Shown here: piece after piece, positions 61,510 to 64,000 of the stretch
Layout: each line of letters opens with the position of its first letter
Position numbering within the stretch: position 1 is the stretch's first letter
Source: Casimicrobiaceae bacterium
GTDB lineage: Bacteria; Pseudomonadota; Gammaproteobacteria; Burkholderiales; Casimicrobiaceae
Assembly: GCA_035495715.1 (NCBI GenBank)
Contig: DATJFI010000055.1
Coordinates: forward strand, 22,071 to 86,070
Direction: 5' to 3'
DNA: 64,000 nucleotides
Translations under genes and position numbers: made by a program
The notes under the pieces: model-generated
What the model was told of the DNA's origin: nothing
The model's input: the letters and a program-made list of their open reading frames with translations, nothing else
Database searches by the model: none

Positions 61510-62416
61510 GATGCAGCGGCTGTTGCTCGTGGGTTGCGGCGATATCGCATTGCGCGTCGCCGGCCTGTTGCGGCAGCGCGTGCGCCTCGTCGGCCTGACG
61601 CGCGATCGCGACGACGTGCGCAAGCTGCGCAGCCACGGCATCGTTCCGCTGGTCGGCGACCTCGACGACCGCCACTCGCTCGCGCGGCTCGATCTCGGTT
61701 GCTCCGCCGTGCTGCACTGCGCGCCGCCGCCCTCGCAGGGCCGCGACGATCCGCGCACGCGCAATCTTCTCGCGGCCCTTTCGGGCGCGCGGATTATACC
61801 GCGGCACTTCGTCTATCTTTCGACATCGGGGGTCTACGGCGATTGCGCCGGCGCGCGTGTTCTCGAAACGCGGCCGACACGCGCGGAAACGCCGCGCGCA
61901 CGCCGACGCGCCGCGGCCGAGCGGCGGCTTCGTTCATGGGCGGGACGCAACCGCGTCGCGCTGTCGATCCTGCGCGTGGCCGGCATCTATGCACCGACGC
62001 GGCTGCCGCTCGAGCGACTGCGGCAGGGAACGCCGGCGCTCGTGGCCGACGAGGATGTCTACACGAACCACATCCATGCCGACGACCTCGCGCACGCGAT
62101 CGTCGGGGCGCTCTATCACGGCCGCGCGAACCGCGCGTACAACGTTTGCGACGACAGTGAAATGAAAATGGGCGCGTGGTTCGACACGGTCGCCGACGCC
62201 TATCACCTGCCGCGCCCGCCGCGCGTATCGTGGGACGATGCCGAGCGGATGATCGCGCCGATGCTTCTCTCGTTCATGAGCGAGTCGCGCCGGCTCGGCA
62301 ACGCCCGGATGAAGCGGGAGCTTCGCGTGCGGCTTCGCCATCCGACGCCCGACGCGATGCTCGCGCAATGCGCGCCGCGCGAGCTCAAGCGGCAACTCGC
62401 GTTGCCGATCGGCTGA
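61508..62416 (+). CDS. Atypical SDR / NAD-dependent epimerase (YeeZ-like)
   Basis: VGCGDIA, STSGVYGD, NHIHADDLA, SESRR. Confidence 0.88.
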   Translation: MMQRLLLVGCGDIALRVAGLLRQRVRLVGLTRDRDDVRKLRSHGIVPLVGDLDDRHSLARLDLGCSAVLHCAPPPSQGRDDPRTRNLLAALSGARIIPRHFVYLSTSGVYGDCAGARVLETRPTRAETPRARRRAAAERRLRSWAGRNRVALSILRVAGIYAPTRLPLERLRQGTPALVADEDVYTNHIHADDLAHAIVGALYHGRANRAYNVCDDSEMKMGAWFDTVADAYHLPRPPRVSWDDAERMIAPMLLSFMSESRRLGNARMKRELRVRLRHPTPDAMLAQCAPRELKRQLALPIG

Positions 62417-63345
62417 TGACGGCAACACCGGTTGCGCCGTCGACTGTGGGACGAAAGCTGACGCTCGTCGAGCGCCTCGACGCGTACGAGCGGCTGATGC
62501 GGCTCGACAAGCCGATCGGCACGCTGCTGCTGCTGTGGCCCACGCTTTCGGCGCTGTGGCTCGCGGCCGGCGGCGCACCGCGCATATCGCTCGTGCTGAT
62601 TTTCGTCGTCGGCACGCTCGTCATCCGATCGGCGGGCTGCGCGATGAACGACTGGGCGGACCGCGATTTCGACGGCCGCGTCGCGCGCACCGCGAACCGC
62701 CCGCTCGCGCAGCGCGTCATCGCGCCGTGGGAGGCGCTGGTCGTCGCCGCCGTCGGCGCGCTCGTCGCCTTCGCGCTCGTGCTGTTCACGAACCGCGCGG
62801 CGATGCTGTGGTCGGTCCCGGCGCTCGCGATCGCGATCGTCTATCCGTTCGTCAAGCGCTTCTTCGCGATTCCGCAGGCGTTCCTCGGCATCGCGTTCTC
62901 GTTCGGCATCCCGATGGCGTACGCGGCCGTGCTGAACCACGTGCCGCCGATCGCGTGGTCGCTGCTCGGCGCCAACCTTTTCTGGGTCGTCGCCTACGAC
63001 ACCGAGTACGCGATGGTCGACCGCGGCGACGACGCGAAGATCGGCATCCGGACCTCCGCATTGACGTTCGGGCGCGCCGACGTGCTCGCCGTCGGCGCCT
63101 GCTACGCGATCTACCTTGCCGGCATGGTGGCGATCGGCCGCGTCTACGGGCTCGGACCCTTCTACGATGCGGGCCTCGTCATCGCGCTCGTCATCGCCGT
63201 TCACCATCTGTGGATCATTCGCCGTCGTGAACCGGCCGCGTGCTTCCGCGCGTTCCTCGGCAACCACTGGCTCGGCATGGTCGTGTTCCTCGGCATCGTG
63301 CTCGATTACGCGCTTCGGATGCACCGTTGGCCGCGCGTCTGGTAA
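62416..63345 (+). CDS. ubiA: 4-hydroxybenzoate octaprenyltransferase
   Basis: RLDKPIGTLLLLWP, NDWADRDFD, RPLA, YDTEYAMVDR.DD. Confidence 0.95.
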   Translation: MTATPVAPSTVGRKLTLVERLDAYERLMRLDKPIGTLLLLWPTLSALWLAAGGAPRISLVLIFVVGTLVIRSAGCAMNDWADRDFDGRVARTANRPLAQRVIAPWEALVVAAVGALVAFALVLFTNRAAMLWSVPALAIAIVYPFVKRFFAIPQAFLGIAFSFGIPMAYAAVLNHVPPIAWSLLGANLFWVVAYDTEYAMVDRGDDAKIGIRTSALTFGRADVLAVGACYAIYLAGMVAIGRVYGLGPFYDAGLVIALVIAVHHLWIIRRREPAACFRAFLGNHWLGMVVFLGIVLDYALRMHRWPRVW

Positions 63346-63368
63346 CGAAGGCGGGAGGAACGGCATCC

Positions 63369-63860
63369 GTGCCTCGCCGGCGCGGCCTGCCGCCCGTCAT
63401 CGCGCCGGACGCGCGCGTGCTGATCCTCGGCAGCTTTCCCAGCGAAGCGTCGCTCGCCGTGCGCCAGTACTACGCGCATCCACGCAATCATTTCTGGCCG
63501 ATCCTCGGCGAGGTTCTCGGCGAGCCGCTGCAAGCCTTGCCGTACGCCGAGCGCCTCGCGCGCGTGAAGGCGCACCGCGTCGCGATCTGGGACACGATCG
63601 TTGAATGCGAGCGCAGCGGCAGCCTCGATGCGGCGATCCGCAACGCCGAGCGCGGCGAGATCGACCGCGTGCACCGGATCGCACGCGGGTTGCGTGCCGT
63701 GTGCTTCAACGGCAAGACCGCTGGCCGCGCGCAACCGGCGTGGGCCGAGGCCGGCTACGAAACGATCGTGATGCCGTCGACGAGCCCCGCGTACACGCGG
63801 CCGTTCCGCGAGAAGCTCGCGCAATGGCGCGCGCTGGCGCGGATGCTCGACGAGCGCTGA
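63369..63860 (+). CDS. DNA-deoxyinosine glycosylase (UDG superfamily)
   Basis: ILGSFPS..SL...YYAHPRNHFW, SLDAAI, FNG, MPSTSPA; GGGAGG RBS. Confidence 0.88.
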   Translation: MPRRRGLPPVIAPDARVLILGSFPSEASLAVRQYYAHPRNHFWPILGEVLGEPLQALPYAERLARVKAHRVAIWDTIVECERSGSLDAAIRNAERGEIDRVHRIARGLRAVCFNGKTAGRAQPAWAEAGYETIVMPSTSPAYTRPFREKLAQWRALARMLDER

Positions 63861-63899
63861 CACGCTAGACTGGCGTCGGCCTCGTGGGAGGGGCGACCG

Positions 63900-64000
63900 A
63901 TGACCGACGTGCAATCCGCCATGGTGATTCCGTTGCGCTCCGCGAACGCGGACGCGCACGCCGATCTCGTCGCGTTCCTGTTCACCGACATCGAAGGCTC
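63900..64000 (+). CDS. Class III adenylate/guanylate cyclase domain protein, 5' part only
   Basis: GGAGG RBS; MTDVQ...AFLFTDIEG at the window edge. Confidence 0.7.
   Translation, partial: MTDVQSAMVIPLRSANADAHADLVAFLFTDIEG

Overview
GC-rich (visually ~70%) betaproteobacterial-type chromosomal segment, densely packed with about 60 CDSs and one tRNA-Ala(CGC). Housekeeping blocks are ridA-recG, hemA-prfA-(GNAT)-prmC, rph-rdgB-hemW, dusA, hemC-hemD...hemX-hemY and ubiA. They alternate with accessory modules: two ABC transporter sets, sorAB, an ECF29-like sigma/DUF4142/cupredoxin trio, a double-kinase hybrid sensor, a TPP-enzyme/enolase/FAD-FeS oxidase cluster, a GH94 phosphorylase and a stand-alone A-T-TE NRPS-like enzyme. 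I found no CRISPR array, integrase, transposase or rRNA. The most striking unexplained structure is a family of ~65-90 bp elements sitting exactly on start codons (hemC/hemD junction, ECF sigma start, prfA/GNAT junction). Two copies are flanked by 7-8 bp direct repeats that include the start codon and carry their own GGAGG RBS, and all three encode homologous peptides in the same frame. Gene-decay scars are also visible: a truncated ECF sigma joined to an S74-like tail, and a remnant after the NRPS. All family calls come from motif recognition by eye; no database search was run, and several start codons are uncertain.
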